A DNA stretch of 64,000 nucleotides from Nitrospirota bacterium (GTDB lineage: Bacteria > Nitrospirota > Nitrospiria > JACQBZ01), in assembly GCA_016194285.1 (NCBI GenBank), contig JACQBZ010000035.1, positions 64,385 through 128,384 of the forward strand, in the 5' to 3' direction. The notes beneath the pieces are model-generated. The model did no database searches, was not told the origin of the DNA, and saw nothing but the letters and a program-made list of their open reading frames with translations. The translations under genes and the position numbers were made by a program. Positions 28,656 through 38,145 of this stretch are shown here, in pieces. The stretch's first letter is position 1. Each line of letters opens with the position of its first letter.

Positions 28656-29927
28656 CTATAGCTTCGACCTCGTGAGATCAAGGAGAATATTGTGGGTTTC
28701 TTGTGCTCTTTTATCCCATGTATTTCTTTTTACAAAATCCATTCTATTTTTAAGTGTACTTTCGTTGTTATCATTCAGTGATTGCTCTACCATAGAAGCG
28801 AACTCTTTATGGTTCCTCGCTATGCTTATTACATCCCTGTAGTAATAAGCATCGGGGAAGTCGGTTGAGACAACGGGTCTGCCCGCCGCAAGATATTGAA
28901 GTGTTTTATAAGGATGAGCGTATTGCATAGATTCAATATTATTGTGCGCCAGCATGCATACATCAAAATGTTTTAGATATAAGGGGAGCATTTCGAATTC
29001 CTTGAAACCAAGGAAATGTACATTAGGTAAATCTTTACAAATAACGTAATCCTCGCTCTCACAAAATCCTCTATCGCCGGTTATGCCCCCGAGCATAATA
29101 ATAGACCAGTCGGTGTAGGATTCGGCCAAAAACCTTATTAATGACATATCTACTTTTTCATTTATGTTACCGGAAAACCCGATTCGCGGGCTTTTTATCC
29201 CAATCATGTCCGAAGGCATAGGCGCGGCTTTGTCCAAAGCTCCGTCGAAAGGTTGAACGTCTACGCCAGCCGGCGTGAAATAAACATTTTTATTCTCAAG
29301 GATCAATTCCTTATAGAGATTCGTGCACGGCGTCAATACGATCCCCGCTTCTCCAAGTATCACCTTTTCATACTCGACAATAACTTCTTTTAATCGACGT
29401 GAATACGGTCGTATCCTGTAAAGGTCCCAGCACTTATACACCTTAAATATTTCGTCAACCAGCCCGAAATAAGTATATTGAAGCGGATGATATATCCAGG
29501 ATACCCTTACGGGCGAATCGAAGCCAAGCCTCTTAAGTTGCTTTCTTATCTGTTTCGACAACACGGCTCTATTCATCCTCTGAAGGGCCGGACTATATAT
29601 CGCCATCATGTCATGAATGAATGAAAATGGCGTATAGAGAAATAGATTATCATCGAGCTTCTCCATCCGGGTTCCTTTTAGCCACTGAACAGCCTTTGCC
29701 CTCTTCTTCAGCGTTGTTTCCACCGGCGTAACGGGTTGGTTTACGCAAAGAATTCTTATGCCTGGAAGCCTGGCGAGCGCCCTGATGAAGCCAATATCTC
29801 CAAAGTATCCCTTCCTATTCGCGGAGTACGACTCCCAATCGGTAGACAGATAAATGATCAGGTCTATATATTTATTCGCACTCATTGTGAATCCGTCAAT
29901 GTCAAGATGATTCCGGTTGAACTGCAT
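28656..29927 (-). CDS. GT-B glycosyltransferase (paralogue of 36814..38055)
   Basis: C-terminal half LPLYLKHFDVCMLAH...PYKTLQYLAAGRPVVSTDFP. The start may instead be ATG 29885 (MSANKY), which would remove the overlap. Confidence 0.65.
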   Translation of the reverse strand: MQFNRNHLDIDGFTMSANKYIDLIIYLSTDWESYSANRKGYFGDIGFIRALARLPGIRILCVNQPVTPVETTLKKRAKAVQWLKGTRMEKLDDNLFLYTPFSFIHDMMAIYSPALQRMNRAVLSKQIRKQLKRLGFDSPVRVSWIYHPLQYTYFGLVDEIFKVYKCWDLYRIRPYSRRLKEVIVEYEKVILGEAGIVLTPCTNLYKELILENKNVYFTPAGVDVQPFDGALDKAAPMPSDMIGIKSPRIGFSGNINEKVDMSLIRFLAESYTDWSIIMLGGITGDRGFCESEDYVICKDLPNVHFLGFKEFEMLPLYLKHFDVCMLAHNNIESMQYAHPYKTLQYLAAGRPVVSTDFPDAYYYRDVISIARNHKEFASMVEQSLNDNNESTLKNRMDFVKRNTWDKRAQETHNILLDLTRSKL

Positions 29928-31257
29928 TCAAGATATCGGCCAGATTTCTCGTCAGGTTTTTTCTATCGAACCGATCTAAATCGGCAGTATGGGCTTTTAA
30001 TCCACCGTTTTTATAGTCCACATACATTTCGTAAATGTTTTTTTCTATTTCCCTCACATCATCCGGATCTACAACTCTCCCGGCTCCGGCCTCATTAATC
30101 AACTTCGCGGCATCGGTATCCTTTGGTATCACGGCCAATATAGGCCGCCTTGAAGCCAGATACTCGAACAACTTACCCGTAGACACCTGCGCATTATTAC
30201 TCGGTCCGGAGTTGTTGAGCAACAGAAGAAGCGCATCAGAAGCAAGCATATGTTGAATGCTTTCTCTGTGTGGGAAATACCCGGCGGTTTCAACAATGCC
30301 CTCGAGCCCTAAATCCTTTATCATCCGGCGCACATGATCAGGGACAAATCCCACAAACTTTAGCCTCATGCCGTTTTTCAAATCCGGCTTATCATGAACA
30401 AGAGAGCTGACAGACCTTAAAACATTATCAGGTGACGTGTTTGAATACAGAGTTCCGACGTAGGAAACAATAAATTCATCCTTGCTATTTATTCCCCGTA
30501 CATTCGTAAAATCCATTGGGTCGAACCCGTGGGTTATAAAGGCAAATTTGTTCGGGGGGATTTTCGGATAATATTTGATATACGAGTTTGTTATCTGTTC
30601 GTTGATATTGATTACCTTTTTGGCATATGAAAAGCATGTCTTTTCCCAGAACCGCTCCAACATTTGTTTAATCCCTTCAGAATTGCCGTACGGCGTTATC
30701 GTCCACGGGTCTCTCAGGTCAAGAACATACGGCCTTCCGGTAAGAAGCTTAAGAAACAGAGCTATTAGGAAAGCCGACCAGGGTTTGCCCGTGGCATAAA
30801 TAACATCTATTTTTTCCTTTCTGATAACCCGGAGACCTTTAAATACGGCAAAGGGGATCCACCCGATGTAATCATCCGGGACCAAGAGGAGATTGTTCAA
30901 AACATATCTAATACACTTGAATAACATTCTCGCCGGAGAAAACAGCACTCGCGTAAGAAGTCGTCTGTTACCTGGAACAAGTTCGCGGCCGATAGGCTCA
31001 AAGCGCGACCCCGGCCCATATCTTTTTACCCTGTACCACCGGATCGGGTCGAATGAATATGTCCTGTACACCTTGACGTCTTCGTCAATATCCTCCATGA
31101 GGGACTCATCGAAGATATCGAAATCGGGATTCTTGACCGTCAGGACTACAGGCCTCCACCCGAAGGAAGGCAGGTATTTAACAAATTTAGTTACCCTCTG
31201 AACGCCCCCACCGCCGGTTGGCGGGAAGTAATAGGCTATAACGAGAACATTTTTCAT
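29902..31257 (-). CDS. Family 4-like glycosyltransferase
   Basis: MKNVLVIAYYFPPTGGGGVQRVTKFVKYL; GT-B C-terminal half. Start trimmed to ATG 31257. Confidence 0.78.
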   Translation of the reverse strand: MKNVLVIAYYFPPTGGGGVQRVTKFVKYLPSFGWRPVVLTVKNPDFDIFDESLMEDIDEDVKVYRTYSFDPIRWYRVKRYGPGSRFEPIGRELVPGNRRLLTRVLFSPARMLFKCIRYVLNNLLLVPDDYIGWIPFAVFKGLRVIRKEKIDVIYATGKPWSAFLIALFLKLLTGRPYVLDLRDPWTITPYGNSEGIKQMLERFWEKTCFSYAKKVININEQITNSYIKYYPKIPPNKFAFITHGFDPMDFTNVRGINSKDEFIVSYVGTLYSNTSPDNVLRSVSSLVHDKPDLKNGMRLKFVGFVPDHVRRMIKDLGLEGIVETAGYFPHRESIQHMLASDALLLLLNNSGPSNNAQVSTGKLFEYLASRRPILAVIPKDTDAAKLINEAGAGRVVDPDDVREIEKNIYEMYVDYKNGGLKAHTADLDRFDRKNLTRNLADILNAVQPESS

Positions 31258-31279
31258 GTAGCCACAATACCCGTTCCCG

Positions 31280-32482
31280 TTAATTCGAAGTCTGATGCTG
31301 CAAAAACACCTCTGCAACCCTCTTAATATGCTTCCTTGCATCAAACTCGTTTTCTACCTTCTCCCTTGCCATCTTGCCTATCGCACCGCGTTTTTTGCCG
31401 TCATTGAGCAGCCTTTCTATCGCTTCAGCAAGGGCCTCAGGGTCTTTTTGCCTGACAAGGATCCCGTCTTTGTCGTGCTCTATTAATTCAGAAATGTTTG
31501 GCACATCGCTTGTAACCACGGGAAGGCCCATGGCCATGGCCTCCGCAAGAACATTGGGTATTCCATCCCTGTCACCTTTGTCTGTAATAAAACTTGGCAG
31601 GACAAATATCTTACTCCCAGCATAGACCTGTGGGAGTTCATTCTGCGGACGTCTTGGTTGAATCTCAACCATGCCTCCAAGGCCCAGTTCGTTGATTATA
31701 TTAATAAGGCGCTCTTTCTCAGGCCCCTCCCCTATTATCAGGCATCTTAAAGAGATTCCTTTCCTTTTCAGTATTCCGCATGCCTCGATGAGGTAGCAGT
31801 GTCCCTTCTTCTCAACAAGGTTTCCAATTGACAGAACATCCACTGCCCTACCAAGGGCAACAGACCGAGGACTGAATGTTTCAAGGTCCACACCGTGATA
31901 CACTACGTCCACTTTATCCGCTAAACTATCTCCAAATGTCCTCCTAATATATTCTTTGTTATTCTTTACACATGTCAGCACAAACTTTGCTTCTTTGAGT
32001 TTTCTGCCAAGCTTATCCGGTAAATAGTAAATATCTGCAGCATGAAGTGAAAGGCTGAAAGGGACACCGATAAGACGGGAAACAACTCTTGCAGAGTCTG
32101 CTGCGGTCCAACCAAAATGTGCGTGGATATGCTGAATACCGAGTTTTTTGATGGCCCGTGCAAAATAAGCCGACTTCCAGAAAACAAGTTTACCACCGTA
32201 AGACCTGTTTATGAGCAGACATCTCAGATACGGCACTGGCCTTGCCAGCATAAAAGACAGATGCGACAGGATTATCCCCGGCAGGTTGAACGGCTCTGCA
32301 TAAATAGGATTGAATTCAACCTTACCTTTACCGTTTACCGGGATATGGTGGATCGGACATACATAAACGCCGACGCCTATGCGCTCTAGTTCCTTCATTT
32401 CATTGAGAACGAATGTCTCTATCTTCCCGGGGTAGTTTCCCAGGATATAGGCTATCTTCTTGTCATTAGGAGCTTGATCCAT
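31280..32482 (-). CDS. Family 4 glycosyltransferase
   Basis: GIPNVLAEAMAMGLPVVTSDVPNISELIEHDKDGILV (EX7E region). Confidence 0.85.
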   Translation of the reverse strand: MDQAPNDKKIAYILGNYPGKIETFVLNEMKELERIGVGVYVCPIHHIPVNGKGKVEFNPIYAEPFNLPGIILSHLSFMLARPVPYLRCLLINRSYGGKLVFWKSAYFARAIKKLGIQHIHAHFGWTAADSARVVSRLIGVPFSLSLHAADIYYLPDKLGRKLKEAKFVLTCVKNNKEYIRRTFGDSLADKVDVVYHGVDLETFSPRSVALGRAVDVLSIGNLVEKKGHCYLIEACGILKRKGISLRCLIIGEGPEKERLINIINELGLGGMVEIQPRRPQNELPQVYAGSKIFVLPSFITDKGDRDGIPNVLAEAMAMGLPVVTSDVPNISELIEHDKDGILVRQKDPEALAEAIERLLNDGKKRGAIGKMAREKVENEFDARKHIKRVAEVFLQHQTSN

Positions 32483-32511
32483 ATCTTTTATATTCGCTAA
32501 CTTCCCTGGGT

Positions 32512-33651
32512 TTATCGTCTTCTTCCCTCTACAAGGGAACTATAAAGCCTTTCCATATCCATCGCATATCTCCGGCCGCTGAACCTCGACGCAGCGACTT
32601 CCCGGCCCCTCTCACCCATAGTCCTTGCCAACCCAGGATTCTCGATGAGACTGAGCAGTGCATTTGCCAATGCCTTTGAATCTTGAGGGGGCACTAAAAT
32701 CCCGGTTTCACCGTCTTTTATAATCTCAGGAATTCCACCAACACCTGTCGCAATTACAGGTAATCCCGAATACATTGCTTCTACAATAGCTATTCCAAAT
32801 GGTTCTTCAAGAGACGGCTGAACATAAATATCCATAGACCTCATTAATTCAGGGATATCGTTCCTGCCGGAAAGGAATAATGCATCCAACCCAAATACTC
32901 TGGCTAATTCCTTCAATCTGATCTCTTCAGAACCACTTCCTACAATGAGCATTTTAATTCCACGATATATATTTTTTATCTCTTTACAGGCAATGAAAAG
33001 ATAGTCATGTCCTTTTTGTAGAACTAATCTACCTACAATACCAACAACTATATCATCGTTGGAAAATCCATATAAACTCCTTATATTTTCTCTTGGTTTA
33101 TTAATTGCAAAATGGTCTTCATTAAATGCATTGTAAATGACAACATGTTTTAATGGATCATATGTTTCTCCTTTAAAAATTTCCCTCTGTGATTTTGATA
33201 CATAAATGATACGACTATAAAATTTATCCAATATTCTGTTACAATTAGTTCTTAGGTCTGTCATTATGCCATGTTCAGTCTTACATATTACTGGTACTTT
33301 CGACATATAGGCACCCACGGCCCCCCACATATTTGCTAATATTAAATGTGTGTGCACGATATCAATTTTATCTGCTTTCATTAATCTAACGAGTTCTATT
33401 ATCTTTTTGTAAAAATACCGTTTCCTGTGATTTCCCAGACATACAACCTTAAAACCTTCATCTACTAACCTCTCTGCGACGTATCCTCCATCTATAAAAC
33501 AACAGAAGATAAGATTAAATTTGCTCCTATCAATATTTTTTGCAAGCACCAACAAAAGGTTTTCAGCTCCACCATCAAGCGGTAATCGTTCAATGACATG
33601 CAGAACATTTATCTTCCTTTTGATTGAAAACTCATTTTTATTTTTAAACAT
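32512..33651 (-). CDS. Family 4 glycosyltransferase
   Basis: EEPFGIAIVEAMYSGLPVIATGVGGIPEIIKDGETGILV. Confidence 0.87.
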   Translation of the reverse strand: MFKNKNEFSIKRKINVLHVIERLPLDGGAENLLLVLAKNIDRSKFNLIFCCFIDGGYVAERLVDEGFKVVCLGNHRKRYFYKKIIELVRLMKADKIDIVHTHLILANMWGAVGAYMSKVPVICKTEHGIMTDLRTNCNRILDKFYSRIIYVSKSQREIFKGETYDPLKHVVIYNAFNEDHFAINKPRENIRSLYGFSNDDIVVGIVGRLVLQKGHDYLFIACKEIKNIYRGIKMLIVGSGSEEIRLKELARVFGLDALFLSGRNDIPELMRSMDIYVQPSLEEPFGIAIVEAMYSGLPVIATGVGGIPEIIKDGETGILVPPQDSKALANALLSLIENPGLARTMGERGREVAASRFSGRRYAMDMERLYSSLVEGRRR

Positions 33652-33740
33652 TTTTCCACCGAGTTACCCATCGATTTTAATGCATTAAATTAAGACTTCT
33701 GGGAAAGATGAGAGTTTCCAATAATTGATCCAAGTATTGT

Positions 33741-34745
33741 TTAGATTTCCAGCAGTAAACTCCTATCAGGAGGTTTACGTGCTCTCGCCTCCACTTTGTT
33801 GCCAACGTAAACTGCTTCAATATCGACCATACCATTCTTACGCAAATATAAGTCTATGTCTTCAGAGCTCCTTAAATGCTTATAGAAATCAGTTAAACTG
33901 TCGTGGGTATCAAGTAAAGCCCATTCCTTTAATAACCGAGCTCCAAGTTCTGGATGAACTTCATGATAATCATTAACAGGCGACAAAAAACGACATAGCA
34001 TGGTGCGCATTTTTTTTACAATCAAAAATCGCCTATATTCCCAACTTATTCTATGTAATGGCCATAACAATAGAGTAAGCATTCTACAAAACTGGAATGA
34101 AAAAGTTTTAGGCATTCGTTTAAGAAAAGTGCGCAATAAACGACGCGTGGGAGAGGTATATCTATTTTTATAAGTATAATGGTCAATCACCAATAAACCT
34201 CCTGGTGCTACTTGCGTACATAATGATATTATGGTTTGTTCGGGATCAGGAGTGTGTTGAATAACACCAATACATATCACAACGTCAAAATACTCAGGTT
34301 TTAAAGGTATTTTACAAAGGTCTGCCTGACAGACAAAATAGTTCGAATATTTAATACAGTTTTGGTAATTTGCTTTTACTGCTACTGACAAATCAATAGC
34401 AAACACATGTGCACCGGCAGCAAGTAAAATTTCGGTAAATCTACCTGCGCCACAACCAGCCTCAAGAATCTTTTTTCCTTTCAGAACATCAAGAGACCCG
34501 CCTATTAAACGTGTTAATCGGTCTTTTGAGATTGATGTCCCCGTAAATGAGTCCAATTGAGTTGTCCGATATTTATTCCATTGCAGTCCGAAAGAAGAAG
34601 CGTAATTTTCCGATGAAACAAACCTTGGGATATTATCTATAATGGGAAAAGAACAGCCTTCGCGACAGAGATATTTCTCTCCAAACACATCCAATGTTAA
34701 ATAACAGTGATGAACGGAGCAGATTAACATTGTGGGACTATTCAC
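33741..34745 (-). CDS. Class I SAM-dependent methyltransferase with N-terminal Cys-rich (Zn-ribbon-like) segment
   Basis: CSVHHC...LCREGCSFPIIDNIPRF, then ILEAGCGAGRFTEILLAAGAHVFAIDLS (motif I). Confidence 0.8.
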   Translation of the reverse strand: MNSPTMLICSVHHCYLTLDVFGEKYLCREGCSFPIIDNIPRFVSSENYASSFGLQWNKYRTTQLDSFTGTSISKDRLTRLIGGSLDVLKGKKILEAGCGAGRFTEILLAAGAHVFAIDLSVAVKANYQNCIKYSNYFVCQADLCKIPLKPEYFDVVICIGVIQHTPDPEQTIISLCTQVAPGGLLVIDHYTYKNRYTSPTRRLLRTFLKRMPKTFSFQFCRMLTLLLWPLHRISWEYRRFLIVKKMRTMLCRFLSPVNDYHEVHPELGARLLKEWALLDTHDSLTDFYKHLRSSEDIDLYLRKNGMVDIEAVYVGNKVEARARKPPDRSLLLEI

Positions 34746-34817
34746 TATATCACCGTCGAAATCAAGCGATACGAGCCAATTAATAGACTTTTAATGCCAT
34801 CCATAGACACCTTGATC

Positions 34818-36734
34818 TTATAGGAATTCCTCCATCGAAGTATCTGGCGTAATATCTTTATCAATAAACAATCTATGCCAAAGCTCAAGCCACAATAGTG
34901 ACCATAACTTATATTCATGATCTTTCCCTACTAAATGTTCATTGATAATATGTTGAATATAGTCGTAATTAAAGTAGCCTCGCGTTCTTGCTTTATCGCT
35001 TAATATGATATTATACAAATATGGTTTTAATTCTTTTCTGAACCATGGTCCAACTGGAATTGCAAATCCCCATTTAGACCTGTAGATATTCTCTTTGGGA
35101 AGATATTTCTCGGAGAGTTTTTTTAACAGATACTTTGTCTGTTTTAACTTAATTTTATGACCCGACGGTATTTTAGCAGCAAATTCCATTATACGATAAT
35201 CAAGAAAAGGAGCTCTAACTTCTAAGGAGTTAGACATGGATGCCACATCCATCTTCACTTGATAAGCATCCGGTAAAATAGCATTAAAGTCTACAAATAG
35301 CACTTTATCTATATCATCAACTCCATCAGCATAATCATAAAATTCTTCATAAACATGCGACGGATGATGATATTCTAATCTTTCCATAAATTGATCGGAA
35401 TAGAAGTTTTCTCTATCATAATAATTTCCCATTTCATTTTTATATCGCAATCGAGTGGTTTCATTTATATAATTTTCATAAAGCCTGATACGCTTTAACC
35501 GATAAGATCTATCGGTGGAATCTCCAAAGGTATTAAAAAATGGATAAAGAATATTTTTTGAAATAAAACGAGGAACGAATCTTTTATATTTTAGCGCCCA
35601 ATTAACTGTTTGAGTCCTATCATAACCTGCGAATGATTCATCTCCACCATCGCCAGTCAAGACGACTTTAACATATTCACGTGCTAATTTAGAAATGTAA
35701 TAACTTGGAACAGCGGATGAGTCAGCAAATGGTTCACCGTAATTCCATACCAATTTCGGCAGGATATTAATACAATTAGCATTTAATATTAATTCATGAT
35801 GATCGGTATCATACTTATCAGAAATTTTTTTTGCAAAAGAAAGTTCATTGTAAGGCTGATAATCAAATCCCACAGAAAATGTTTTAACTTTGGATATGTG
35901 ACTGCTCATCAAAGCCACGATTAAACTTGAATCAATACCCCCACTGAGGAATGCTCCGATTGGAACATCACCAATCAATCTGTCTTTAACCGATTGATGT
36001 AACAAGCTGTCTATTACTTGGATATATTGATTCTCATCCATAACTTCTTTTTTCTTGAAGCTGAGATACCAATATCTTTGAATTATTGTTTTATCTTTTT
36101 GAAACACAACATAATGTGACGGTTGAACTTTTTTTATTCCTTTATATATTGTATGGGCCTGGGGAATGCATATATGAGCCAAATAACAATCAATAGCCTT
36201 TTCATCAATCACAAGATTACATACATAACCGCTATTTATTATCGATTTAATATCGGACGCAAATATCACAGACTCATTAACTTCTAAGTAAAATAAAGGT
36301 TTTTTGCCAACCCGATCCCGACATAATATTAACATTTCTTTCCGAGCATCCCAAATTGCCATTGCAAACATTCCATTCAACTTTTCAAAAACTTGTACTC
36401 CCCACTCTTCATATCCATGTATGATTACTTCGCTATCACTCTTTGATTTAAATACATGTCCAGCTTTTACAAGATTCTCCCTTATTTCACCAAAATTATA
36501 TATTTCCCCATTAAAAACCATCCAAAGTTGCTTGTCTTCATTACACATGGGCTGCTGTGCAGCGTCTGATAAGTCTATTATTTTCAATCGACGATGACCC
36601 AAACCAATATGCTCTCCCATATAAATACCGGCACCATCAGGGCCTCGTTCGATCATTATATCTCTCATCTTAATAATATGCTTTTCCAGTACAGGTGAAG
36701 TCCCTTTTATATAAACACCACAAATGCCACACAT
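34818..36734 (-). CDS. Asparagine synthase (glutamine-hydrolysing)-family amidotransferase
   Basis: MCGICGVY (Ntn Cys2), GHRRLKIIDLS, and the PP-loop FLSGGIDSS. Confidence 0.9.
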   Translation of the reverse strand: MCGICGVYIKGTSPVLEKHIIKMRDIMIERGPDGAGIYMGEHIGLGHRRLKIIDLSDAAQQPMCNEDKQLWMVFNGEIYNFGEIRENLVKAGHVFKSKSDSEVIIHGYEEWGVQVFEKLNGMFAMAIWDARKEMLILCRDRVGKKPLFYLEVNESVIFASDIKSIINSGYVCNLVIDEKAIDCYLAHICIPQAHTIYKGIKKVQPSHYVVFQKDKTIIQRYWYLSFKKKEVMDENQYIQVIDSLLHQSVKDRLIGDVPIGAFLSGGIDSSLIVALMSSHISKVKTFSVGFDYQPYNELSFAKKISDKYDTDHHELILNANCINILPKLVWNYGEPFADSSAVPSYYISKLAREYVKVVLTGDGGDESFAGYDRTQTVNWALKYKRFVPRFISKNILYPFFNTFGDSTDRSYRLKRIRLYENYINETTRLRYKNEMGNYYDRENFYSDQFMERLEYHHPSHVYEEFYDYADGVDDIDKVLFVDFNAILPDAYQVKMDVASMSNSLEVRAPFLDYRIMEFAAKIPSGHKIKLKQTKYLLKKLSEKYLPKENIYRSKWGFAIPVGPWFRKELKPYLYNIILSDKARTRGYFNYDYIQHIINEHLVGKDHEYKLWSLLWLELWHRLFIDKDITPDTSMEEFL

Positions 36735-36813
36735 CGGTCTTCAACCTCTTCAAACAAGATAATTATTACCGGACTTTTATATCGTATATACCCACGGTCA
36801 AAGCCCGTGGAAC

Positions 36814-38055
36814 TCAAAGGCGCAAGCAATCATTTAGCTCCTTCTCAATTAATTCAAGCATTTTATTTACCCTTCTATCCCAGGAATTTTCCCTTGCAAC
36901 ACTTTTTCTCTCTATCATTTTTTTTGTATCCAGTCTTTCTGCTATTGCCTTTATTATCGCATCTTCGAAGTCATCTTTATCAAGTACACTTTTCACAAAT
37001 TCACTACATTCTAAAGTATTACCTTGATCTACAGCCACAATAGGCTTACCCGCCGAAAGATATTCCCATAGCTTCAATGGAGCAGAATAAAAGTTAAACT
37101 CATTTTTCTTAAATGGGATCACGCATACGTCTACATAGCGTAGTATCGCTGGAATTAGCACCCTATTTACATGTTTTATATGATAAACATTTTTGAGTGA
37201 TTTCAGTTCATTGAATTTATTCCTGTCTATTTCATTATTTATATGTTCCCTACCAACCAAAAGCATTACCCATTCAGGATGTTTTCTCTTCAAGTACAGT
37301 AAGAGATCGAAATCAATTTTTGCTTGTATAGTACCCACAAAACCGATAACAGGGTGCATAAGATTCTCAAGGAATGACTTTAAATTCGAGGGTAGCATTT
37401 TTTCATTTTCATAGAGACCGTAATCTACACCATGCGGAATAAAGTATGTATGCTTTTTTATCTTACTAAGCTCCGAATATAATTCCTTAGATACTGCAAA
37501 GACAATATCCGCATTGTTAAGGATTCTGTCGCATCTTTCTCTGATACTGTTCAAATAAGTTTCGGAAGTTGCCCAATCCCCAGCATCTTTAGATAAAGGA
37601 GCAATGAAATGATCATACCAATCAGTTACGACCAGCTTGTATTTGAATAGATGATAGTAATCATATTGAATATCGGAGTAATTTACCCACAGAATACAAT
37701 CATTGAATTTCAGAGTTTTTACTTTCTCTTTAATGTCATTAAAAACAATTCTTTTATTAATCTTTTCGTAATTTAATCTTCTTACTAAGCGAATATTACG
37801 TGGGATCAGCCTAAAGGGTGAATACGAATATAAAAACCTCCCCTGGTATTTTAGCCGGCCAAGATTAAGAAGTTGCTTCCAGCTAACATAATCTGATATG
37901 GGTGACATTACAGAATAAGGAGGTTCAATAAAAAGCACCCTGTTTTTCTTTGCCAGATTCCACGCTATGTGATGACGTCTTCGCCACACAGAATTTTCCC
38001 ACGGTTCATTTGCTATAAATATGATGTCATGTTTTTGCATAGATTGTTTTAGCAA
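36814..38055 (-). CDS. GT-B glycosyltransferase (paralogue of 28656..29927)
   Basis: LIPAILRYVDVCVIPFKKNEFNFYSAPLKLWEYLSAGKPIVAVD. Confidence 0.65.
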   Translation of the reverse strand: MLKQSMQKHDIIFIANEPWENSVWRRRHHIAWNLAKKNRVLFIEPPYSVMSPISDYVSWKQLLNLGRLKYQGRFLYSYSPFRLIPRNIRLVRRLNYEKINKRIVFNDIKEKVKTLKFNDCILWVNYSDIQYDYYHLFKYKLVVTDWYDHFIAPLSKDAGDWATSETYLNSIRERCDRILNNADIVFAVSKELYSELSKIKKHTYFIPHGVDYGLYENEKMLPSNLKSFLENLMHPVIGFVGTIQAKIDFDLLLYLKRKHPEWVMLLVGREHINNEIDRNKFNELKSLKNVYHIKHVNRVLIPAILRYVDVCVIPFKKNEFNFYSAPLKLWEYLSAGKPIVAVDQGNTLECSEFVKSVLDKDDFEDAIIKAIAERLDTKKMIERKSVARENSWDRRVNKMLELIEKELNDCLRL

Positions 38056-38145
38056 CTTATTCTCATTTTCTTGAAAAAACTATTTCTTCTATGCCGCTAC
38101 ATAATATATATGCCTGACAAAAAGACTTTACAACAGAAAGAAACT